A program made the position numbers and the translations under genes. 64,000 nucleotides of DNA from assembly GCA_964592605.1 (NCBI GenBank), contig CAZQFP010000001.1, forward strand, positions 6,755 to 70,754, given 5' to 3'. The notes below the pieces were generated by a model. It did not search any database, was not told the DNA's origin, and worked only from the letters and a program-made list of their open reading frames with translations. This DNA comes from an uncultured Clostridia bacterium. GTDB taxonomy: Bacteria > Bacillota > Clostridia > Christensenellales > Borkfalkiaceae. Position 1 is the first letter of the stretch. Each line of letters starts with the position of its first letter. This document shows positions 32,091 through 39,619 of the stretch, piece by piece.

Positions 32091-32117
32091 GCGGCGTGTG
32101 CTTAAAGCTCACGCCGC
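32091..32117. terminator. second (outer) hairpin closing array B; also the terminator of the convergent gene 32135..33004
   Basis: GCGGCGTG / CACGCCGC stem. TTTGTT follows on the plus strand and TTTTATTTTT on the minus strand. It lies 18 nt from the stop of the minus-strand membrane-protein gene. Confidence 0.7.
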
Positions 32118-32134
32118 TTTGTTCATTTAAAAAA

Positions 32135-33004
32135 CTATATTCCCAAAAGAGCCATAAAGCCGTTTATTGCAATTCCCGCAACAACGCCGACCGCGTACAA
32201 GGTTACGGTAAGCAAGATATTGCGCTTAATTTTTTTAGTGTTTTTAAAAAGCACAACAAGCCCTATTCCCGCATTTGCGCACAAGCCACCGACAAAACTT
32301 CCGAAAAGTATTCCGCCGCCCGTAAACGCACCGGTCAAAATTACGCTTGACGCGCAGTTGGGTATTAGACCGATAAGCGCGGTTAAAAGCGGTTGCCAGT
32401 ACCTTCCGCCCATAAGCATTGCCGCTTCTATCGATTCCTTTGCGGCGTCCATAACAAAACCCAAAACAAGGTTTACAATTAAAAGATACAGCACAACTTT
32501 AAGCGCGTGCAACAGCGGCGACAAAAAGTAAACGTAAACGTCGGATTTTTTGGAATGTGCTTCTTCTTCGGAATGCGCGCGGTAATCGGCAAGGAGTGTT
32601 ACTTCTTCCAGCTTTTCCTTGGGCAAAATGAAATTGGAAAGATAGCCAATAGCAACGGCAAGCGCAAGTTTAATAAAAATAAGCGGCATAATCCAGCCCG
32701 CCACGCTGAATTTGGCAAGCATTATAATAAGTGCTTCGTCGCTGGTTGCAATAAACACCGCAAGCAGTGTACCCGTGCGTATAAAGCCCTTATCGTACAA
32801 TTTTGCCGCCATTGCCGAAAAGCCGCACTGCGGAATTATACCCGTAGCCGAACCTATAAGCGGCGCAAGCTCGCCCTGCAAAATTTTGCGGTTTTGTGTG
32901 AGCGACGTTCTGTGTTCCAAAATCTCAATCAAAATGTAAATTAAGAGTATGAACGGAAACACTAGCGCCGTGTCTATAACCGCGTCCTTTATAATCTCCC
33001 ACAT
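32135..33004 (-). CDS. polytopic membrane protein, putative permease/exporter (resembles the ArsP_2/DUF2899 '10-TM' family)
   Basis: 289 aa with about 9-10 TM helices. The N-terminal MWEIIKDAVIDTALVFPFILLIYILIEILEH matches my memory of that family's start. Function uncertain. Confidence 0.45.
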   Translation of the reverse strand: MWEIIKDAVIDTALVFPFILLIYILIEILEHRTSLTQNRKILQGELAPLIGSATGIIPQCGFSAMAAKLYDKGFIRTGTLLAVFIATSDEALIIMLAKFSVAGWIMPLIFIKLALAVAIGYLSNFILPKEKLEEVTLLADYRAHSEEEAHSKKSDVYVYFLSPLLHALKVVLYLLIVNLVLGFVMDAAKESIEAAMLMGGRYWQPLLTALIGLIPNCASSVILTGAFTGGGILFGSFVGGLCANAGIGLVVLFKNTKKIKRNILLTVTLYAVGVVAGIAINGFMALLGI

Positions 33005-33036
33005 AGAATAATTTATTGCCTAAGTTGCTTCTTTTT

Positions 33037-33071
33037 AAACGTACGACCCCGGTTTGCGGGGTCGTACGTTT
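33037..33071. terminator. long perfect hairpin between two minus-strand genes (terminator or attenuator-like)
   Basis: 14-bp stem AAACGTACGACCCC / GGGGTCGTACGTTT with a 7-nt loop. The T-run is on the plus-strand side only, so its function as a minus-strand terminator is uncertain. Confidence 0.4.
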
Positions 33072-33080
33072 AAATTTTGT

Positions 33081-34304
33081 TTATCTCTTTTTGTTTTTAT
33101 TTTCTTTTTTCGGTTTTAACTTTTCTGTTACGGCTTTTTCGTCGTCAAACGGCATAGGCACAAAATCCGCGTCGGCATAACCAGTTGCCTTGTAACCTTC
33201 GTCGCGCGATAAAAGCGTAAGCCTTGTCTGTCCGTCGAACACGTAAAGTTTTTGAGTGTTTACCGTAAGTTTAACAGTGCTTCCCTTAACGGTGTTTGCG
33301 TTCGCGGTAACTATAACGTAGCTACCGTCGGCAAGTTTAACTTCGGCAAATACCGTACCGTCAGCTTCTTCAACTTTTTCAACCGTGCCAGAAAGTTCGC
33401 CGTCTGCCGCCACGCATATATCTTCGGGTCTTACGCCCAGCCAAACTTCTTTTTCTGCGTTTGCGTATTCGGTAGCCGCAGTAAACCTTTTGCTTATATT
33501 TTCGGGCAAAACAATTTCGCAAACGGGCGTAACCGCAACATATTCGCTACCCTGCGCCTTTATTTTAACGTTTTTAATAAAGTTGATAGTCGGCGAACCG
33601 ATTAAAAACGCAACGTACACGTTAGCGGGGTAATCGTAAAGGTTTACAGGGGTGTCTATCTGCTGAACAAGTCCGTTTTTAAGCACTACAACGCGCGTTG
33701 CAACCGTCATTGCTTCTGCTATATTCTTGGTCGAATATATAAACGTGCCCTGCATTCTCGCCTGCAAATTTACGATAATGTTCAGCATATCGGCTTTTAA
33801 CTTATCGTCTAGGCCGGCAAGCGGCTCGTCAAACAAATACAGCTTGGGTTCGCGCGCAATCGCTCTGCCTATCGCTACGCGCTGTTTTGCCGCGGCGGTC
33901 AAAGCCTTGGGTTTGCGGTACAAAATTTCGTTAAGTCCCAAAATGTTGGAAACCGCTTTAACGCGCTGTTCTATAAGCGCCTGCGGCGCTTTTCTCATTC
34001 TCAGTCCGAACGCCATATTGTCGAACACGGTAAGCGCGGGATACAGAGTGTTCTCTCTGAAAACCATTGCAATGTCCCTGTCCTTGGGGTCGACGTCGGT
34101 AACGTCCTTTCCGTCGATATTCACCGTGCCGGAAGTTGCGTCTTCAATGCCGGCGATAATTCTTAAAAGCGTGGTTTTGCCGCACTTTTCGCCGCCGACA
34201 ATCGCAATAAATTCTCTGTCGCCCGTTTCAAGGTTGACGTCGTACAATGCGGCTTCACCCGAAGGGTAAATTTTGTTAACGCCGCTCAATTTTAAACTCG
34301 ACAT
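33081..34304 (-). CDS. MalK/MsmX-like ABC ATPase with degenerate catalytic motifs (orphan, no adjacent permease)
   Basis: The fold is clear: Walker A GGEKCGKTT, Walker B LYLFDEPLAGLD, and a C-terminal MalK-type regulatory/TOBE-like domain. However, the Q-loop reads MVFRENTLYP, the signature reads LTAAAKQRVAIGRA instead of LSGGQ, and the H-loop reads YSTKN. I prefer the start at ATG 34304 (GGAG RBS, MSSLKLSGVNKIY). Confidence 0.75.
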   Translation of the reverse strand: MSSLKLSGVNKIYPSGEAALYDVNLETGDREFIAIVGGEKCGKTTLLRIIAGIEDATSGTVNIDGKDVTDVDPKDRDIAMVFRENTLYPALTVFDNMAFGLRMRKAPQALIEQRVKAVSNILGLNEILYRKPKALTAAAKQRVAIGRAIAREPKLYLFDEPLAGLDDKLKADMLNIIVNLQARMQGTFIYSTKNIAEAMTVATRVVVLKNGLVQQIDTPVNLYDYPANVYVAFLIGSPTINFIKNVKIKAQGSEYVAVTPVCEIVLPENISKRFTAATEYANAEKEVWLGVRPEDICVAADGELSGTVEKVEEADGTVFAEVKLADGSYVIVTANANTVKGSTVKLTVNTQKLYVFDGQTRLTLLSRDEGYKATGYADADFVPMPFDDEKAVTEKLKPKKENKNKKR

Positions 34305-34435
34305 AATAAACTCCGAAAATCGTATATGCATATAATACCATATTTTTTAATTTTTACCAACGTTTATAACGTGTTTTTTGCGTTAAATTTTTAAAATTCC
34401 TTGCGCGCGTAAGATATTTGTGTTAAACTTCGGGT

Positions 34436-35023
34436 ATGAACGCCTTATCTTTCGACGCGCTGATGCAAAAAGAAATTGAAAATTCGGGCGGCGGAAAGCG
34501 GCTTTTACTGCACTGCTGTTGCGCGCCTTGCTCGTCGGCGTGTCTTGAACGGCTTGCGCCGCACTTCAAAATTACGGTGTTTTTCTATAATCCGAACATT
34601 GAAGACGGCGAATACGAAAAGCGAAAGGCGGAACTTATGCGCTTTATAGCCCAAACGGGCTACGCCGATTACATTGACTGCGACCACGATACTTCACAAT
34701 TTTTTACCGCCGTGCGCGGGCTTGAAAGAGAAAAAGAAGGCGGCGAAAGATGCAAAAAATGCTTTGAACTCCGCCTTGAAAAGACGGCGCGCACAGCCGA
34801 CGAACACGGCTACGACTACTTTGCAACCACTCTTACGCTAAGCCCGTTGAAAAACGCGCAAGCTATAAACGAAATAGGCAAAAGTTGCGAGCAAAAAGCT
34901 AAATGGCTGTATTCCGACTTCAAAAAGCGGGGCGGCTATCAAAGAAGCATTGAACTTTCAAAAGAGCACAGTCTTTACAGACAGAATTTTTGCGGCTGCG
35001 TATTCTCGCGCGGCGAAAACTAA
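34436..35023 (+). CDS. queH: epoxyqueuosine reductase QueH (DUF208)
   Basis: 195 aa with the characteristic LLLHCCCAPCS motif and later Cys residues (CKKCF, FCGC). Confidence 0.8.
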   Translation: MNALSFDALMQKEIENSGGGKRLLLHCCCAPCSSACLERLAPHFKITVFFYNPNIEDGEYEKRKAELMRFIAQTGYADYIDCDHDTSQFFTAVRGLEREKEGGERCKKCFELRLEKTARTADEHGYDYFATTLTLSPLKNAQAINEIGKSCEQKAKWLYSDFKKRGGYQRSIELSKEHSLYRQNFCGCVFSRGEN

Positions 35024-35038
35024 AAAAGGAATTATTTT

Positions 35039-35977
35039 ATGGACATTAACCGCTACACCCCGTCATATGGCGTAAAGAACGAACATTTAACCGCGCTTGC
35101 CGACTACTCTACCGAAGAAATTTTTGAAATTCTGTACGCAACTAAAGTTATGAAAGGCAAATTCTGCGCGCACGAAGACACGCGCATTTTAGAAGGCGTA
35201 ACGATTGCGCTTTTGTTCGGCGATACTTCGCTGAGAACGCGCTCGGCAATAGAAATAGGCGTGCGCCAGCTCGGCGCGGAATGCGTGGATTTGCCGTACA
35301 GCGAAGACGATATGCGCGCGGGCGAAAACATAAGCGACGTGGTAAAAGCTATCAGCCGCTACGGCGTCGGTGCGCTTATAACCCGCGGAATAAATTACGA
35401 CGAACTTAAAGAATTCTGCGCCGTTTCACCCATGCCCGTAATCAATTCCACAAACGACTACTCCACTCCGCTTCAAACGCTGAGCGACTTGTATACTATT
35501 TGGGAAAAGAAAAACAAACTCGAAGGTCTTAAACTCGCGTACGTGGGCAAAGGATGCAGTAACTCGGCTTCGCTCATCATGGGCGCCATAAAGTGCGGAC
35601 TTGACGTTTCCATAGCCACGCCGAAAGAGTATGCTCTGCCCGAAAAAGTTTTAGATAAAGTAAGACAGTACGGAAATCTTTTGGTTACGCAAAACCCTAT
35701 TGAAGCCGTAAAAAACGCCGACATAGTTTATACAGACAACTATAACTATCACTCGTCGGTAACCGAAAAAGAACGCGAAACTATGGCGCCCTACCAGGTG
35801 AACAATTCGCTTATGTCCGTTGCGGCGCACGGCGCGCTGTTTATGCACTCTCTGCCCGCAAACCGCGGCGTAGAAGTTATGCCCGAAATTATCGACGGCA
35901 AAAGCAGTCTTGTTTTGGAACAGGCTGAAAACAAGCTCCACGCAGTAAAAGCTACTCTTGCATTACTTATAAAATAG
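35039..35977 (+). CDS. aspartate/ornithine carbamoyltransferase-family protein, divergent (substrate unknown)
   Basis: 312 aa. SLRTR stands in place of STRTR, TPLQTLSDL in place of HPxQxLAD, and MHSLPANRGVEV is close to the OTCase HCLPAxRGxEV. AAGGAA RBS. Confidence 0.65.
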   Translation: MDINRYTPSYGVKNEHLTALADYSTEEIFEILYATKVMKGKFCAHEDTRILEGVTIALLFGDTSLRTRSAIEIGVRQLGAECVDLPYSEDDMRAGENISDVVKAISRYGVGALITRGINYDELKEFCAVSPMPVINSTNDYSTPLQTLSDLYTIWEKKNKLEGLKLAYVGKGCSNSASLIMGAIKCGLDVSIATPKEYALPEKVLDKVRQYGNLLVTQNPIEAVKNADIVYTDNYNYHSSVTEKERETMAPYQVNNSLMSVAAHGALFMHSLPANRGVEVMPEIIDGKSSLVLEQAENKLHAVKATLALLIK

Positions 35978-35990
35978 TTACAATAATAAA

Positions 35991-36023
35991 GCCGCCGCGG
36001 CACATGCCGCGGCGGCTTTTTCT
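35991..36023. terminator. bidirectional rho-independent terminator
   Basis: 12-bp GC-rich stem AGCCGCCGCGGC / GCCGCGGCGGCT with an ACAT loop, followed by TTTTTCTG. It lies between convergent genes. Confidence 0.8.
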
Positions 36024-36053
36024 GTTTTACACGAAATTTAACACGCTATACCC

Positions 36054-36848
36054 CTATATATGCGGTAACAAATCAATTACCACGACTTCAGGTCTGTTAA
36101 AAAGTCTTAAAGGAAACTCCGAATTACCTAAACCGCGCGATATTATCATTTTAGTTTTTCCGCTCTCGTGTATACCCGAAGTGTATTTTGGGAAAGCCCC
36201 CTGCCCGGGCGCATACAAGCCTATGCCCGTAAACGGTATGCGCCATTGTCCACCGTGCGCGTGCCCGCTTAAAACCAACTTATAGCCCGCCTGCACATAT
36301 TTTTCAAAGTACTGCGGAAAGTGCGCAAGCAAAATATCGGCTTTGCCGTCTTCGTTTAATTTAAAGAATTCGCCCCGCTTTATCGAAGCGCAGTTTACGC
36401 CTGCAACCGTTAAACCGCATATATCAGCGGTGCAATCGTCCAAAACCACCGCCCCCGCTTCGGCAATATCGCGCCTGAAAAAGCGGTAGCCCTTGTTGCG
36501 CATTTCGTGATTACCCGAAACGAACAGTACGGGTGCAATTCGCGAAAGCGCCGATACAAGCCCCAGCGCGGCGCGACGGTCTCTTTCTCTGTACCTGTGT
36601 ACGATATCGCCCGTAAACGCTATGAAGTCGGGTTTTTCTTCCATCACTTTTTTTATAAGGCGCGCGTTGTTCTTTGAAAAACTTTTGCCGTGCAAATCGC
36701 TGAGCTGCACAATCTTAACGCCGCTTTTCAAACCGCCCGCTTCAACACGGTAACGCGTAGTTTTCAAAAGGCTGTTATTTAGCCATATAAACAGCGCGCA
36801 AAGGGCTAAGCCCCCTAATATGCCCAAACCAATCCACAAATAAATCAT
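36054..36848 (-). CDS. membrane-anchored metallophosphoesterase (YkuE-like)
   Basis: N-terminal TM helix. Calcineurin-like motifs LSDLHG, GDIVH, GNHE and GHAHGG. TAATG overlap with trmB. Confidence 0.8.
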   Translation of the reverse strand: MIYLWIGLGILGGLALCALFIWLNNSLLKTTRYRVEAGGLKSGVKIVQLSDLHGKSFSKNNARLIKKVMEEKPDFIAFTGDIVHRYRERDRRAALGLVSALSRIAPVLFVSGNHEMRNKGYRFFRRDIAEAGAVVLDDCTADICGLTVAGVNCASIKRGEFFKLNEDGKADILLAHFPQYFEKYVQAGYKLVLSGHAHGGQWRIPFTGIGLYAPGQGAFPKYTSGIHESGKTKMIISRGLGNSEFPLRLFNRPEVVVIDLLPHI

Positions 36849-37519
36849 TATACTTTCTTTACTTCGGCACGAAAAATGCGCTTACCCTGCTCTTTAAACT
36901 TGCGCTCGTGCTCGGTCTCAATATCGCCTTCAACGGGTTGCACGGCAAGGTCGCGGCAGACCGAGCAAACTTCAAATCCGCAAGATACAAAACTTTCAAG
37001 CGAAAATTCAAAAAAGTTTTCGTCGTCCGTCTTTTGTATTATATAACCGCCGTTACGCAAAAGCCGCTTGTAAATTTCCAAAAAGCGCGGGTGAGTAAGC
37101 CGCTGTTTTTTATACCCTTCCTTGGGGAGCGGATTTGAAAAATTTAAATATATTTTCTCAACCGCGCCGTTCGGAATATACTTTTCCAAAACTTCCGCCG
37201 CACAGTTCAAAAAATATACGTTTTTAAGGTTTTTATCTTTCGCCTGCTCCAGCGCTTCTATTAAAACGTTTGAAATTTTTTCAACGGCAATAAAGTTTAG
37301 GTTCGGGTTTTTCGCCGCTGTTTCGCACACGAACTTCCCTTTGCCGCAACCTATTTCAAGGTGAACGGGGTTGCCGTTATTAAAAATCTTTTCAAAATCA
37401 AGGTACTCGCTCAAAGTAGCCGCGCGCTTCATATTCTTGTCCGTAAGATCGGCAACGGTAACAATGTCGCCGCAAGCCGCAATGCGCTCTTCAAGATGAC
37501 CTTTTTTATGCATTCTCAT
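36848..37519 (-). CDS. trmB: tRNA (guanine-N7)-methyltransferase
   Basis: 223 aa. SAM motif HLEIGCGKGKF; LNFSNPLPKEGYKKQRL corresponds to the TrmB FPDPWxKxRHxKRR region. Confidence 0.75.
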   Translation of the reverse strand: MRMHKKGHLEERIAACGDIVTVADLTDKNMKRAATLSEYLDFEKIFNNGNPVHLEIGCGKGKFVCETAAKNPNLNFIAVEKISNVLIEALEQAKDKNLKNVYFLNCAAEVLEKYIPNGAVEKIYLNFSNPLPKEGYKKQRLTHPRFLEIYKRLLRNGGYIIQKTDDENFFEFSLESFVSCGFEVCSVCRDLAVQPVEGDIETEHERKFKEQGKRIFRAEVKKV

Positions 37520-37713
37520 ACCCGTATATTATCATATGCGGAAAGTTTTTGCAAATTTTTATGTGTGAAAGCGCAACGCTTTTATTTTATATTTATTATT
37601 GCTTTTCGCGTTTAAAAATATCGGCACGGCATTATAAAACCGAAGTCGGGTGAAAATCAAAAAAATTATCGGGCGTGCGGAGCGTCGGGCGCTACCCTGT
37701 ACGGAGAAATATT

Positions 37714-38265
37714 TTGTCGATAATTCAAATAATAGATACATTCACCTTTTACGGTATAGACGTGCTTTTGCTCGCCGTGTTAACCTGCTTTACCGTTCAG
37801 CTTTTAAAAGTTACTCTGCTTAAAAAGCTCAACAAAAAACTTATAACCTTTTTACCGTTTGCTTTCGGAACGCTGTTTTACGCCGCGTACGCCGCAATCA
37901 GAAATTTAAGCCTTGAATACCTTTTAACGGAATACGTTTCCGTTTTGGAACACGGCGTTTCAGTAGGCGCGGCGGCTACGCTTATTTACGTACTGTACGA
38001 ACAGTTCGTGCGCGAAAAAAAGAACGGACTTTCAACGGTAGAAAACGTTATAAAAACTCTTATCGAAGGCTACGTGCCGACGGCAAACCTTGAAAGCGTC
38101 GCTAAAAAAATTGCCAAAGCTATTGAAAAAGACGTTACGGGTAGCGGAGCTGAACGCGCAAAAGAAATACTTTTGGAAAACACTGAAGAAGGCGTAACCG
38201 AGCACGATATTCAGCTTGTTGCAACGCTGATTATAGAAACTCTTGCGCACACTTCAATAAAGTAA
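37714..38265 (+). CDS. hypothetical membrane protein
   Basis: The ORF has no internal Met. I prefer the TTG at 37714 (GGAGA 8 nt upstream) over the GTG at 37675. Two or three TM helices are followed by a charged helical C-terminus. A terminator follows at 38298. Confidence 0.5.
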   Translation: MSIIQIIDTFTFYGIDVLLLAVLTCFTVQLLKVTLLKKLNKKLITFLPFAFGTLFYAAYAAIRNLSLEYLLTEYVSVLEHGVSVGAAATLIYVLYEQFVREKKNGLSTVENVIKTLIEGYVPTANLESVAKKIAKAIEKDVTGSGAERAKEILLENTEEGVTEHDIQLVATLIIETLAHTSIK

Positions 38266-38297
38266 AGTAGCAAAACATCGTTATACCAAAAAAACGG

Positions 38298-38333
38298 GCG
38301 GTGCAGGCGTTAATGCCTGCACCGCTTGTTTTT
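38298..38333. terminator. bidirectional rho-independent terminator
   Basis: GCGGTGCAGGC / GCCTGCACCGC 11-bp stem, followed by TTGTTTTT. The A-run upstream serves the convergent ger operon. Confidence 0.8.
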
Positions 38334-38338
38334 AAATT

Positions 38339-39619
38339 TCAGTTTATATTGCCTATATCTATTTTGTACACTATCTGCATACGCGTAAGCAAATCGTCCT
38401 TAAACGCTTCGTAGTACTTGTTGTTGTACTTATAAAGCAATTCCTTAGCGCCCAACACGTCGCAGTCGCTCTCTACAAATTTTTCCGTAAGCGATTCAAG
38501 CCTTGACTGCAATTCTTCCTTGCACGCATTTAAAACTCCTGAAGGAACGCTCGCCTGCCGCGAGTTCTTTTTAGGCTCGCTCGCTTCGGTAACGCCGTTT
38601 ATCTGCGCCTTTGCGTTAAAGCCTATGGTAAGTTTAGGAACGCCGTTTTCAACGCTTAGTCCTACGCTTCCCGAAGCGTCTTTAAGTCTCAGCGTGTAGC
38701 TCAGTCCTTCGTACTCGCAAGGCACGACGGCAATATGCACTTCGTTTTTTATAATGTCAAGCGCGAACGACTGCTTGTCGTCAAGTACACCTACATACGC
38801 GCCGTCTTTGAACATTACGGTTTTTCTTGCCGAATAGTCGGCTTCCTGCATCGAGCTTTCGCTTGAACCGCCGCCACCGCCGCCTTCACTTCCGCCGGAA
38901 CCGCCGCTACCGCCTGAGCCACCGCCGCCGCCCGAACTTTCACTGCCCTGTTCGGGGGCTTCACCGCCCACGCTGTCGCCACCGCCGCCGCCCTGCGAAG
39001 TGCCGGGTTTATGCGCTTCTACAAGCGGCATATAGCACATTCCGCTCGGCGAATACTGCATCATTGCAATATCTTTCAAGCTGACGGTAGAAACGTTAGC
39101 CGACTTTTTAAGCTCTTCCGAAAGCACTCTCTGCACCGAAAGCGCGTTCAAATCGGTAATGGGCGTATGGTTGCACATTAAATCGCACGATTTGCCGTCG
39201 AACATTGCAACCAGCGTGGTAAGTTCGGAAAAAGTATTTCGGTAAAAGCAATCTAAAATTTCGAATATATTGCCGTTCTGACAGGTTTTGCCAAGAACTA
39301 TCAACTTGCAGAATAAAAGTTTGGGGTAAAAGCCCGTTTTGGAATTTATTTCGTTCAAAGCGTCGGCAACCGTAAGCCCCCTACCCTGCACGGCGGTGTA
39401 AGTTATCGCTTCACCGCTCTGCGAAGGTTGCGGCACGGCAAGCTGTGCGGTAACCACAACGTCGCCTTCTTCCAGTTCTATGCCTATGGCCGTTATTATA
39501 GAAGTTTTACGTATGTCCACAAGCCCGTAGTCGTTCGTAAAAAACAATCCCAAAAGCGCTATTAAAATCGCCCAGTAAACCAACACAGAAAATCTGCTTA
39601 TCGCACGCAAACGCTTCAT
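38339..39619 (-). CDS. spore germination receptor subunit C (Ger(x)C family) with Gly/Ser-rich insertion
   Basis: Third gene of a GerA-type operon, with an ATGA overlap. Family-like N-region (ITAIGIELEEGDVVVTAQL) and C-region (DVLGAKELLYKYNNKYYEAFKDDL). A ~55-aa G/S/E low-complexity insert (GGGGGDSVGG...GGGGGGSSESS). The N-terminus has a TM helix but no lipobox Cys. Confidence 0.75.
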   Translation of the reverse strand: MKRLRAISRFSVLVYWAILIALLGLFFTNDYGLVDIRKTSIITAIGIELEEGDVVVTAQLAVPQPSQSGEAITYTAVQGRGLTVADALNEINSKTGFYPKLLFCKLIVLGKTCQNGNIFEILDCFYRNTFSELTTLVAMFDGKSCDLMCNHTPITDLNALSVQRVLSEELKKSANVSTVSLKDIAMMQYSPSGMCYMPLVEAHKPGTSQGGGGGDSVGGEAPEQGSESSGGGGGSGGSGGSGGSEGGGGGGSSESSMQEADYSARKTVMFKDGAYVGVLDDKQSFALDIIKNEVHIAVVPCEYEGLSYTLRLKDASGSVGLSVENGVPKLTIGFNAKAQINGVTEASEPKKNSRQASVPSGVLNACKEELQSRLESLTEKFVESDCDVLGAKELLYKYNNKYYEAFKDDLLTRMQIVYKIDIGNIN

